DNA of 64,000 nucleotides from Candidatus Poribacteria bacterium (GTDB lineage Bacteria; Poribacteria; WGA-4E; PCPOR2b): NCBI GenBank assembly GCA_965198175.1, contig OZ240245.1, positions 4,736,001 to 4,800,000 of the forward strand, read 5' to 3'. Shown piece by piece: positions 51,901 to 60,827 of this stretch (position 1 is its first letter; each line of letters starts with the position of its first letter). The notes under the pieces were generated by a model. It saw only the letters and a program-made list of their open reading frames with translations, ran no database searches and was not told where the DNA came from. The position numbers and the translations under genes were made by a program.

Positions 51901-53796
51901 TTCCTGAATCTTTCGAACAGCGAAGGCTCTGATGTCTCAGCGTTATCGAGCTTGATTAACCTGAAGGAACTGGTTTTTGCATGGAACAACTTCGCTGACA
52001 TCTCAATGGTATCGGGCTTGACTCACGTGAAATGGCTTCAGCTCCCAGGCAACGGAATTTCGGACCTCTCTGCTGTCGCGGGCCTAAAAAACCTGGAATT
52101 ACTGAATCTCACGTACAACAACATCACTGATATCTCGCCTTTGGTATCTAATACGGGATTGGGAGCCGGAGACAATGTTAATTTGCGGCATAACCCCTTG
52201 AGCTACGAATCCATCTATACACACATTCCTACCTTACAGGAGAGAGGAGTTGAGGTAAATTTTGACAACCGAACGCCTCATAGAGTTCACATAGTCTCTG
52301 GGAATAACCAGAAAGGGCGCCCCGGTGAGGCACTTGAAAAACCGTTTGTCGTCGAAGTGAAGGACCAGAACGGCCAAACCTTTGAGGGTGTACCGGTCGC
52401 GTTCTCAGTCACCACAGGCGGAGGCACACTCAGTGTTACGAGCACCACGACTGATGCCAACGGCAGGGCGGAGAGCACACTTACACTCGGCAGTACGCCC
52501 GGTGTAAACACGGTTCACGCGAGCGTCGAAGGAAATACCGAGATTTCCGCCTCAATAACCATCGTATCCGCGTCGCCGATGTTTACGCTGTCTATCCCAG
52601 CCGGTACGCATGCGATTAACATCCCGTTGGATGTTAATCAGATTAACGGCGAAGACGGGACAATCGAAACGGTCGGCGATGTCTACGACGCGCTCGGCGA
52701 TGCCGTCAACTTCATCATCACATTCGTCGACGGCACTGCGGTTAGCTACCTCGGCGATGAAAGCGCCGGCAGCAGGGCGGACGCGGATATTTACGACGAT
52801 ACCGGGCTGATTGCCGTAATGAAAAGCACTGCGACACTAGAGCTTGTCGGTGATGCGTTAGGTACCGGCGGCGAGTCCCGGATTGACATCGGTTTAGGCA
52901 ACAACCTCCTCGGCGTGCCGCTTGATTCGTCGGTCGACATGATGATTAGCGACCTGTTGCTCGTTGAGGGTGTCGCGGCAATAGCGGTCTCCAACGCTGC
53001 TGGCGATGGTTTCAATACAATCAGTAAAAACAATCTCGCTGCTGACGGTCCTGTCATAGGCGGCGTCGCATATATTGTTGTCGCAACTGCGGAAACCAGT
53101 ATCCCGGTGATGGGTTCAGCCTGGGAGAACGAAGGCGCAGCGGCAGCACCTGCAGTGGTGTTCAGCGGTACCCAGACGCCGGTACTGTATGTTCAGGGCG
53201 GCGTCATAGACGAATTCGACATGTTGTCACGAATTCCAAATCTCCGTGTCGCTGTGAAGAACCTGTCCTCAGGCGCCTCGCTCGACACAGTTCTCGGAAC
53301 GGAAGCGTCGAAGACAGCGTACGGCGGGACGTTTGTTGAATTGAGCCGCCGCGCAGCGAAGGTTGGCGATGTGCTGGAGATAGTAGCGCATTCGGCGAAC
53401 CCGTACGTCGGCGTGCGGCCGCCACCGCAGATTGTCGTGAGCGTGGAAGAGGTGTTGGCGAGCCGCATCAAGCTGCCCGATCTGGAACTCTACGAGATTC
53501 CGTCGGAGAATGAACTGTTGGCAAACTACCCTAACCCGTTTAACCCTGAAACCTGGATCCCGTTCCGGTTAGCGAAGGCTGCCGAAGTGACGTTGGAGAT
53601 TTACGATACCAACGGACGCACCGTGCGTTCCATTGATGTCGGCTTCAAACCAGCCGCTGTGTACGAGTCGCGCACATCGGCGATTTACTGGGATGGCCGC
53701 AACTCAAGCGGTGAGTCGGTCGCAAGCGGTGTGTATTTCTACTACCTGTCCGCAGGCACCCATTCCGCTACACGGAAAATGCTCATCATGAAGTGA
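48976..53796 (+). CDS. giant secreted protein: zinc metalloprotease + WD40 + internalin-like LRR + Ig-like + FlgD-like C-terminal domain
   Basis: Signal peptide; AHELGHTFDLPHD (HExxHxxxxxH); about 7 WD40 repeats; IPD.NLRAAI cap and about fifteen 22-aa LRRs; SGNNQ.G...PFVVEV Big-1 domain; YPNPFNPETWIPF...WDGRN..GE.VASGVYFY. ATG 48976 behind AGAGG. Confidence 0.85.
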   Translation: MRRQLYRITLFSILTYLALCALNSTAAAQPSGEQGVHYCGFTGFQLDETPYDQSPNRRYARANSENLNVGEPRTVRMIYFLPNDRPYRADVVQKMKDEMRNIQTFYTEQMEAHGYGNLTFRYETDAQGEPMVHRVDGVHADNFYVNYTFLPVKSEINMAFDLNENIYLTVIDHSADDIEAFFGARALGAADPMGKNGGFALIPDEFSFTTAAHELGHTFDLPHDFRDGAYIMSYGLRASLGPPQSQLSECHGEFLSIHPYFNLSTSTDKGESSSIELISPVIFSVGSQSVPVRLKVSNSAGLHQVFLLAGGHEVKACQALVGEKDAVVEFDYDGVIPSDGLTSLSNPDAKRIQVNAVDVNVNVSRATFWLREFSPHRIATFRHKETVDRVNSVSISPNGLTVASGGGGGVVQLWDVAMERIITTFKHARQSIDFVSFSPNGSTLATGGADTVQLWDVRTGRTITTFKHATFRLPERDQSVSFTPDGMVFAAFVNDETVQVWDVATQQHIANFKHTERVIAVSFSADASILAAGGDDGTVHFWDVATGHNVATFRDRPGWVTSLAFSHDGETLATGGWEKTQLWNVATQQHIVDLMEGNYVWIESVAFTRDGKTLATGASDGAVKLWDISTKAKFAILHHDGRVKSLAFSPDGKTVVSGTTAGTTELWDAYGLLEGKVEIDIPDSNLRAAIADAIYVSANDIISRADMANLFKLDASNVSISNLIGLESATHLESLDLSNNNIFDISAVADLTNLKKLNFWNNDIFDISAVAGLKNLRELNLSNNDIFDISAVADLTYLRNLNFWNNDIFDISAVAGLKNLRELNLSYNDIFDISAVADLTYLRNLNFWNNDIFDISAVAGLKNLRELNLSNNDIFDISAVAGLKNLRELNLGSNDIFDISAVADLTNLRKLDLAVNNITDISALSGLTNLTSLSLFGNDTSDISALSGLTNLTSLSLGGYTISDLSVLSGLTNLAFLNLSNSEGSDVSALSSLINLKELVFAWNNFADISMVSGLTHVKWLQLPGNGISDLSAVAGLKNLELLNLTYNNITDISPLVSNTGLGAGDNVNLRHNPLSYESIYTHIPTLQERGVEVNFDNRTPHRVHIVSGNNQKGRPGEALEKPFVVEVKDQNGQTFEGVPVAFSVTTGGGTLSVTSTTTDANGRAESTLTLGSTPGVNTVHASVEGNTEISASITIVSASPMFTLSIPAGTHAINIPLDVNQINGEDGTIETVGDVYDALGDAVNFIITFVDGTAVSYLGDESAGSRADADIYDDTGLIAVMKSTATLELVGDALGTGGESRIDIGLGNNLLGVPLDSSVDMMISDLLLVEGVAAIAVSNAAGDGFNTISKNNLAADGPVIGGVAYIVVATAETSIPVMGSAWENEGAAAAPAVVFSGTQTPVLYVQGGVIDEFDMLSRIPNLRVAVKNLSSGASLDTVLGTEASKTAYGGTFVELSRRAAKVGDVLEIVAHSANPYVGVRPPPQIVVSVEEVLASRIKLPDLELYEIPSENELLANYPNPFNPETWIPFRLAKAAEVTLEIYDTNGRTVRSIDVGFKPAAVYESRTSAIYWDGRNSSGESVASGVYFYYLSAGTHSATRKMLIMK
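51190..51720 (+). repeat. near-identical tandem 66/132-bp LRR-coding repeats
   Basis: GACATCTCTGCAGTTGCGGGC recurs at 51271, 51403 and 51535 (period 132). Confidence 0.9.
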
Positions 53797-54040
53797 TTGA
53801 AAAAACCACGCTCGTTGTTATTGTCACAGTAGAGCACACAAAATTTCTATACCGCGAAAACGTGTTTGCTGGGCGGACACGATACTATCGGTGCTGCTAT
53901 TATGGTTCGCGGTTTGCACAATGATTAAAAGCGCGCCTAACCATGGCGAGAATCACCTCATATTTTTGATTGAAGGCGGGCTAAAATAACACCCAAGTAC
54001 AAACTGCAAACAACTTGGGGAGCGGTCAAGAAATAATCCG

Positions 54041-54382
54041 CAGGTAGCTTCTCCTTTTCGACGTCTCATTCGGATAGCATGGCATCCGGAAACGCTAGAC
54101 ATGGCGTATCAAGCAGTTTCCAGATATCTAATTTCATTTCTGCTTGAAAACCTTGCGGGAATCTGTTACTATTTGAGCAGCGGAGAGAAAACTCAAAACT
54201 GAATATTTTTCGATTCATGCGCCAGCAATCAATTGTGATTGTGGAGAATAGGGAAGCGCGGTGAAAAGCCGCCACGGCCCCGCCACTGTGAACGACGAAT
54301 AATCGTGTCCACGTTGCCACTGTCCCGATGTGTTGAGATGGGAAGGCGGACACGAGGTGTCGCCAGTCAGGAGACCTACCTG
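54041..54382 (+). ncRNA. cobalamin (B12) riboswitch
   Basis: Core 54243-54382 contains AGGGAA, GGTGAAAAGCC, CCCCGCCACTGT, GCCACTG...GGGAAGG and the B12-box-like AGTCAGGAGACCTACCTG. The P1 partner CAGGTAG is at 54041-54047. Confidence 0.9.
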
Positions 54383-54475
54383 AATTGTGTTTCTCACAGA
54401 GTTTTCGCGGGAAGGCTGTGAACCAGAAATTGCGTTCCTTAAGCCGAAGCGGCGGGTCTAGGAATAGCGAACTGT

Positions 54476-54509
54476 ACCCCAGTTTTCTATATGAAGACTG
54501 GGGTTTTTT
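54476..54509 (+). terminator. intrinsic terminator (riboswitch attenuator)
   Basis: ACCCCAGTTTTC-tatat-GAAGACTGGGGT followed by TTTTT, between the aptamer and the first gene. Confidence 0.82.
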
Positions 54510-54534
54510 GTGTTTAAAGATGGCGATTCTAAAG

Positions 54535-56523
54535 ATGAAACACGAAAACAAGTTTATTTTACATTGCCTAGCACTGTTGATTCTATTATCTACTTCCTTT
54601 TTCGGCTGTTCAGACCAAACCGAGCAACCTCTACCTTCATGGAAGGTCGCATTTATTCCGATGGGCGCAAAAATTTACTTTGATGCCAACCGTCAAGAGC
54701 CGGTCAAATACATTCGAGCAGTTGGTTCAGGGGGAGATCTTGTTGCTCAACTCGAGATCGGTGGGTATCCGCGCAATACGGAGTCACTCTATTTCCGTTG
54801 GGATGCAGGGGAAAGATATCGATTTGAGATTACGTACGACAAGGGCGAATCGACAGCCATAACCGCCCAAGCACCTGCAATTAATCCGCGCGGTTCGATT
54901 GAGATTGCGATTCCTTACGGCACCGTCAATTCAAACTCGCCATCCCCCCAAAATGCCGTTACAGACCCAAAGCACCGGAGCGCCAAATCGTTGGTTTTAG
55001 GTAGCAGCGAAATGACTGCAACGGTTTTAGTGCGAAACGGGTTGGAAGCGCCCGTTACGTTTTACGTTGTACTTTACATCCCTTCAGTAATTCAGGTGCT
55101 GCAAACCTCATCAATTTGGCATAGCGAACCTCGTCCCGGCACCTTCTCCAACCTCCCAATCCACAAGTTGGAACGCGACGAGACAGCTATATTTGTTGCG
55201 ACAGGGAAATTTTCAGTTGAAGCAGAGGTTTGGCACAGCCAATTCGAGTTAAAGATTCCGAATGAAAAATTGCCCGATTCAGCGCAGATTGGCGGGAAGG
55301 TTTTCTTTCAGGATGAATTTGGAACGCAATGGGACCGGTCTGCGACTCTGTCGCTACGCTCAGCAACAGTTGACGAAATATCTGCACAACTTTCAATTGA
55401 AGCAATTTCAATGCCCACTGACGCAACAGGGGTTGTCGATTCCCGTCGTCGTCCAGATACAATCTACTACCCACGTCCACTGTTGGGAAGAGCAGGCAGA
55501 TGGTTCGGGGCAAAGAGCCATCCTGTGGACTATTTCCAGCCGATTGTGTACCAAGCTGTATCCCTGCGCAACCACAGTCAGGACGTCATTCACGTTATCG
55601 TTGGGGCAACGAATCTCGACTCAAAACGGGGAGAACCAGTTGCCTTCCTAGCACCGCCCGAGGCTATCAACGCCGGTACGAATCGCAGTGTTGCGTTTGC
55701 CAGCTTGGCAGGAGGCAGTACAACCGCTGTTCCACTCCCAATCTACTTCAACCCCGAAACTGCCCAAGCGAAAGGCGCTGATTTTATTGGTACAGGTCGC
55801 TACGACCGCGTCATCGAAATCAAAATCTGGGGAAGCGACACAACTATTCTGCGTGCTAAACGGCCGTTGCGCATCGTAACCCCAAATCTGCACGCTCTGT
55901 CTGTTACCGGCTTTGCGATTGGCGCAACAGGACTGGGACTGTTTTTCCTACTACGCTTTCACCGGCGGTTTTTCAACGGCTTCTCAACCAGACAGCTCAT
56001 CCTGATTACCCTGTTTGGGACAACGATTTTCATCGTTGTTAGTGTGCCAGTGACGCTACTCTCCAATTTGACCGCTGCTTTGTTTGGACCAATTTCATTC
56101 CTCATCAACGGGCTAATTAACGAAATACTGTATTACACCTTGCTCACATCGTTGCTGATGCTCATCCCCAAATCTGGAGTGATTACCTTAGTCTCGGCGG
56201 TTCGATTGCTGTTGGACGGTGTCACGCTTGGATTATTCACCCCGATTACACTACTCTACACGGGCATGATTGTGCTATTGCTCGAATTCGGCTTTCTGAT
56301 TTCACAGAGGGGCAGGAATTTCCTTATCTTGGCGCTTGTATTCGGCATTTGTGATGCCCTCGGTGTGTACACTGATTTCCAACTGAGCATCACGCTTCAT
56401 CGCCTCTTCTACGCAAATTGGTACATCCTGACAATGGTTGTCGTTAGTGGCTTTGCTTATACATTTATCGGCGTGATTTTGGGAAGACAGTTGAGCTGGG
56501 GGTTACAGCGGGCTGCGGTTTAA
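54535..56523 (+). CDS. lipoprotein with large soluble region fused to a C-terminal ECF S-component-like membrane domain
   Basis: Lipobox FFGC; about 430 aa beta-rich region; one TM helix, then FSTRQLILITLFG...LIPKSGVITL and about 6 TM helices typical of S-components. Start is 54535 or 54520; the ORF-track start lies inside the leader. Confidence 0.65.
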   Translation: MKHENKFILHCLALLILLSTSFFGCSDQTEQPLPSWKVAFIPMGAKIYFDANRQEPVKYIRAVGSGGDLVAQLEIGGYPRNTESLYFRWDAGERYRFEITYDKGESTAITAQAPAINPRGSIEIAIPYGTVNSNSPSPQNAVTDPKHRSAKSLVLGSSEMTATVLVRNGLEAPVTFYVVLYIPSVIQVLQTSSIWHSEPRPGTFSNLPIHKLERDETAIFVATGKFSVEAEVWHSQFELKIPNEKLPDSAQIGGKVFFQDEFGTQWDRSATLSLRSATVDEISAQLSIEAISMPTDATGVVDSRRRPDTIYYPRPLLGRAGRWFGAKSHPVDYFQPIVYQAVSLRNHSQDVIHVIVGATNLDSKRGEPVAFLAPPEAINAGTNRSVAFASLAGGSTTAVPLPIYFNPETAQAKGADFIGTGRYDRVIEIKIWGSDTTILRAKRPLRIVTPNLHALSVTGFAIGATGLGLFFLLRFHRRFFNGFSTRQLILITLFGTTIFIVVSVPVTLLSNLTAALFGPISFLINGLINEILYYTLLTSLLMLIPKSGVITLVSAVRLLLDGVTLGLFTPITLLYTGMIVLLLEFGFLISQRGRNFLILALVFGICDALGVYTDFQLSITLHRLFYANWYILTMVVVSGFAYTFIGVILGRQLSWGLQRAAV

Positions 56524-56619
56524 CAAGTGACGATTGACAATCGAATTAGATATTTGAATGTAGCTAACCCTCTAACACTTACAACCATATCACACATCAA
56601 ATTTCCGCGGAGGTGTTTA

Positions 56620-58359
56620 ATGAACACTCAACAGCGACGGCGACGTATATGTTTTGCCTCGTTGATTTTTCTTCTCATGTCAATAGGTGCAGTACAGAGT
56701 GCGAAAACGCTTGAAGGCAACGTTGTTTTTACACGGTTTGGCATCGCTGTTGAATTGGAAGACAGCGTTTCAATAAAGGAGTTGTCCGTTCTTGAGGTGA
56801 AAGCAGAGTCAGTGGTGGAACACATTGATAACGGACATTCTCTTATGCAAAGGGTGAGGGCAATTGACGACAAACGCTTTCTGATTCGATTTACGTGGGA
56901 ACCACATGAGACTTACCGCATTAAAGCACTATGGGGGGATGACAATCGATTTGAAGTAAGCGTGACCGCCCCTCTCAAGCCGAGCGCATATCGCATTCGC
57001 ACGATAGAATTGGGAGATCTGCTGTCACTGTTTGAGAATTTGCAGAAGCCGGCAACATCAACAACCGTTGCTTTTGCTCCAGATGGCGAAAAACTGGCAA
57101 TTGCTACGGATGCGGGCCACTTGGCAATCATCAATCCGGTCACTGGAGACAAGATTTGGAAAATACGAATTTCAGAAAGCTATGTTAAGCATGCAACGTT
57201 TAGCCCTGATGGCAGGCGACTCTACATCGGTGAGCAATCTGCCGATGGCTTCATCTACGGTTATGAACTGTCCGGCACCAAGCCCGCCCTGCTGTGGAAA
57301 TATCGCATGGCGGATGACATTAATTCTTCGACCTCATTCCATCCGAACGATGTGTATGCATGGGTACAGTATCCGGGGCCTTATCGCATCGTGGTCACAC
57401 GGGATGGGGATTTGCTCGTCGCCGGCGTTCACTCGTGGACCCAAGATGGAGTGGTTTTGAAAAAATCTCAACTGTACCGATTCGTTGGAGAAACGGGTCA
57501 ACTTAAATGGAAATGGCCTAGTGATCAGCCGCTGCCGATGATTATCAGATGGTTTGACTATTCCCGCGATGGACAGAGCATCGCACTTGTCTACGATACG
57601 AGCGGAAGCAGTCCGTCCGCACGATTTAGACCTGGAACATTATGCGTAATTGATGGGGAAATGGGTGCAAAACGGTGGGAATACTCCTTTGAACCACTCA
57701 AGCCTTACTTCAAAGCAGTGAAGTTTTGGCGAGGCGTCGGTGTTTCGCCGGACGGAAGATTTATCAACGTTACCACGGAAGACGGTAGAGCGTTCATCTT
57801 CGATGCCATGAATCCAGAGCATGGGAAAGTCCAACCACTATGGCGAGCCGAGCTCACGACGCCACTTGAAGTCAGCGACATCCCAATCACGGCGACCGCA
57901 GGTACAATTGCAGCAACCAATGCGTTCGCACTCTTCGTGACAGGTGACACTTTCATCCCGTATCACTTACAGAAAGGAGCACAGCAACCGCCCGCTGCCC
58001 ACCCAAATGGGCTAACGTTGTCCGCTTACAAATGGACGGGTGAGAAAGTCTGGCAGTGGACATTGGAAAACATGCCGCAGGGCTTACGTGTTGACGCTAG
58101 GGACCGCTACGCTGCCGTCAGCATCTCCAAAGATAGTCGAAACGACGAAGAACAACTCCATGGGGTCTCTGTCTTTGACCTTGGTGCCACGGGCGGAGGA
58201 CTAGCCAAATACCTCTATACCTACCGTGTGGAAGGACAACTTCCCTACGACACCATCGACATCAGCACGGACGGGCAGTTCATTGCCTTTATTGAAACAC
58301 CGATTGTGATGTCGGACGAAACGACGCGCGGGAAAAACCGCGTGCATATTATCCAATAA
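56620..58359 (+). CDS. secreted beta-propeller protein (WD40/PQQ-like) with N-terminal Ig-like domain
   Basis: Signal peptide after GGAGGT RBS; repeats AFAPDGEKLAI, FSPDGRRLYIG, YSRDGQSIAL, VSPDGRFI, ISTDGQFIA, and TG..KWK-type motifs. Confidence 0.72.
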   Translation: MNTQQRRRRICFASLIFLLMSIGAVQSAKTLEGNVVFTRFGIAVELEDSVSIKELSVLEVKAESVVEHIDNGHSLMQRVRAIDDKRFLIRFTWEPHETYRIKALWGDDNRFEVSVTAPLKPSAYRIRTIELGDLLSLFENLQKPATSTTVAFAPDGEKLAIATDAGHLAIINPVTGDKIWKIRISESYVKHATFSPDGRRLYIGEQSADGFIYGYELSGTKPALLWKYRMADDINSSTSFHPNDVYAWVQYPGPYRIVVTRDGDLLVAGVHSWTQDGVVLKKSQLYRFVGETGQLKWKWPSDQPLPMIIRWFDYSRDGQSIALVYDTSGSSPSARFRPGTLCVIDGEMGAKRWEYSFEPLKPYFKAVKFWRGVGVSPDGRFINVTTEDGRAFIFDAMNPEHGKVQPLWRAELTTPLEVSDIPITATAGTIAATNAFALFVTGDTFIPYHLQKGAQQPPAAHPNGLTLSAYKWTGEKVWQWTLENMPQGLRVDARDRYAAVSISKDSRNDEEQLHGVSVFDLGATGGGLAKYLYTYRVEGQLPYDTIDISTDGQFIAFIETPIVMSDETTRGKNRVHIIQ

Positions 58360-58421
58360 TGTGGTACTAGATACAAAATCGGAACGTGTCATCGTGACCG
58401 CTCGCGGTATAGTCTTGAAAA

Positions 58422-59483
58422 CTACACTTCGCCATCCCAGTAGTCCACACTCTCATCCTTACGGAAAATTCGTCGTGTTACATAGGGGAAAACTTTGTTG
58501 GAGTCTGGATATTCACTGACATCATGAGCGATCGACATGCCTACCGCAAGTAACGTACACGGCGCGTTTCCCGTATTTATGAATTTGTGGGCTCCCGCCG
58601 CACCGGGCGGGAAGGCGATGAAATCCCCCACCGTTACGGACAGGTCGCCTCGCGGGGTTTTGAGGATGCAAGAACCTTCAATCACATAAAACATTTCCTC
58701 CCCAAAATTATGCAGGTGCATTGGGAAACTCGCCTTGTTCGGTTGCAAAAGGATTAACCGATACCCTAGATGCTTCCCCCCAATGAGCGGGTCAATATCC
58801 TTTTCCTCGAAATCGTAGGGCGTTGGGGCATTCCGCTTCACCCATTCAATCTCATTGATACTAATTCGGTTGATGTAAATATCCGTTCGGCATTGGAGAC
58901 ACTCTACCAAGCGTTGACGTGCATCTTGAAGGACTGAGTGTCCATCGCCAACAAGAATCGCATCGAACGATAAAGCAAGGATTTTCCGAAGTGTCAGCGC
59001 TGCCTTTGTAGAATTCTCCAACTTCTCGTCTGTCAACAGTGATAGGTGTCCAATTGGTTCCCCAACGATGATATCTCCAGATAGGATGGCTCGTTTTTCA
59101 GGAAAGTAAAGCGCGATTTCGCCGGGACTTTTCCCGAACGGTAAATGGATTGCTCGCAAACCATGAACAATTTCCTCGCCATCAACGATTAATCTGTCCG
59201 CTTTGACGGACAAAGCATCGGCATCAGCTTGATGCACGACAATTTTCGCACCTGTGCGTTTTCTGAAAACCTCTGCCTCCCGCTCGTGATCTCGATTCGT
59301 AATGATGACCCATGCCGCGCCGCCGAGTCGATTCAATTGCTCAAGGTCTGGGTCAATCATCGGCACCGGATCAATGAGTATATTTCCTTCGGGACGCACC
59401 CACAGGTGTCCATTAAAGTCGACCTGACGCATCTCGCTGAAAATTGACCAACAGTATAAGTCATCGAAAATCATTCGCTTCAT
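58422..59483 (-). CDS. MBL-fold-like domain fused to cupin domain
   Basis: ILIDP, ITNRDHERE, KSPGE, LSGD, LVGDG (degenerate MBL); C-terminal PMHLH..EEMFYVIEG...GD.IAFPPG...AH cupin, then EYPDS.K and DYWDGE. Confidence 0.75.
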   Translation of the reverse strand: MKRMIFDDLYCWSIFSEMRQVDFNGHLWVRPEGNILIDPVPMIDPDLEQLNRLGGAAWVIITNRDHEREAEVFRKRTGAKIVVHQADADALSVKADRLIVDGEEIVHGLRAIHLPFGKSPGEIALYFPEKRAILSGDIIVGEPIGHLSLLTDEKLENSTKAALTLRKILALSFDAILVGDGHSVLQDARQRLVECLQCRTDIYINRISINEIEWVKRNAPTPYDFEEKDIDPLIGGKHLGYRLILLQPNKASFPMHLHNFGEEMFYVIEGSCILKTPRGDLSVTVGDFIAFPPGAAGAHKFINTGNAPCTLLAVGMSIAHDVSEYPDSNKVFPYVTRRIFRKDESVDYWDGEV

Positions 59484-59816
59484 TTAGATACTCCTTTACG
59501 CTACCTCAATGTCCTTCGGGACTAGAAGGTCAAGCTGGAATTAAAACCCGAGGTAGGTGATATAATCTGAGTCCGGTTATTTTTTCGTATCATTAGGCGC
59601 AGGTGGTCCAAGAGACAACAGGATTGTTCCCTTTCCATCATCGAACATTTTCTTTTCGCTTGCCATTTGCTGCTGCATTGTTTACCACCCAATAAGATCA
59701 GAGTGTTATCCCAAAAAAAAATCTGGGCTCAACTTGCGTATTCCGCTCTACGTGTGGTAGAATATGCCCGTGGATTGACAATTTTCGTTAATATTTTTCA
59801 AGAGGTTAATCTTCAT

Positions 59817-60827
59817 ATGAGCACAAGTTACCGTGTTGCTATTGTCGGCGCGACAGGCGCCGTCGGGAATACCATAATAAGCATTCTCGAAGAGCGGGCA
59901 TTTCCCGTTGCCTCTCTTAAGCCGCTTTCTTCTCATCGTTCAGCAGGTGAAATTCTAACATTCAAAGATGAGTCGATTTTGGTCGAAGAGTTGACGCATG
60001 ATTCATTTGATGGCATAGATCTGGTGTTCGCCTCTGCAGGAGCATCTGTCAGCCGTGAATTTATGCCCACTGCGGTAGAAAAAGGGTGCCTCGTTATCGA
60101 CAACACGAGCGCGTTTCGAATGGACCCTGATACCCCGCTTATCGTCCCTGAGGTGAACATGCACGCGGCTATCAAACATAAGGGCCTTATCGCCAACCCA
60201 AACTGCTCAACCATCCAGTTGGTTGTCGCGCTCAAGCCAATCTATGACGCTGCTGGGATTAAGCGCATCGTTATCTCCACATATCAGAGCGTTTCGGGTA
60301 AAAGCGGCGCCGCCATCGTTGAACTCATTGACCAAACAGTAGCGGCGCTGGAAGGGCGTCCGATTAAACAGGAACAATTCCCACACCAGATGGCGTTTAA
60401 TGTCGGGTTCGATTGGCCCTTTTCCGATAGCGGTGACAGTGAAGAAGAGATAAAGATGGTCAATGAAACCCGAAAAATTCTTGTGGACGATTCAATCGGG
60501 ATATCGGCGACAACAGTTCGGGTGCCTGTATTTTTCGCCCATGCCGAGTCTATTAACGTCGAAACCCTTCGTAAACTCACGGCGGACGAGGCTAGAGAAA
60601 TTCTTTCTGGATCCCCTGGCGTAGCCCTTGTTGATGAACCACAAAATCGAAAATATCCGCTTCCCGTCAATACTGCTGGCGAAGATGCAGTTTACGTTGG
60701 ACGAATCCGTGAGGATACCTCAGTCGAAAACGGACTCAATCTGTGGGTTGTCGCCGATAATCTCCGCAAAGGAGCGGCATTAAATGCCATTCAAATCGCA
60801 GAGATTCTGGACCGCAGCTATGTCTAG
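59817..60827 (+). CDS. asd: aspartate-semialdehyde dehydrogenase
   Basis: VAIVGATGAVG, DNTSAFRM, PLIVPEVN, ANPNCSTIQL, TYQSVSG, VRVPVFFAH, DNLRKGAALNAIQIAE. ATG 59817. Confidence 0.96.
   Translation: MSTSYRVAIVGATGAVGNTIISILEERAFPVASLKPLSSHRSAGEILTFKDESILVEELTHDSFDGIDLVFASAGASVSREFMPTAVEKGCLVIDNTSAFRMDPDTPLIVPEVNMHAAIKHKGLIANPNCSTIQLVVALKPIYDAAGIKRIVISTYQSVSGKSGAAIVELIDQTVAALEGRPIKQEQFPHQMAFNVGFDWPFSDSGDSEEEIKMVNETRKILVDDSIGISATTVRVPVFFAHAESINVETLRKLTADEAREILSGSPGVALVDEPQNRKYPLPVNTAGEDAVYVGRIREDTSVENGLNLWVVADNLRKGAALNAIQIAEILDRSYV

Noticed and set aside
54066..54551. ORFs overlapping the riboswitch, and the ORF-track start at 54385
   Set aside because: They overlap the structured RNA and terminator. 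The signal peptide and lipobox indicate a real start at 54520 or 54535.
59490..59816. Leader of asd as a lysine riboswitch
   Set aside because: No recognisable L-box motifs or terminator.
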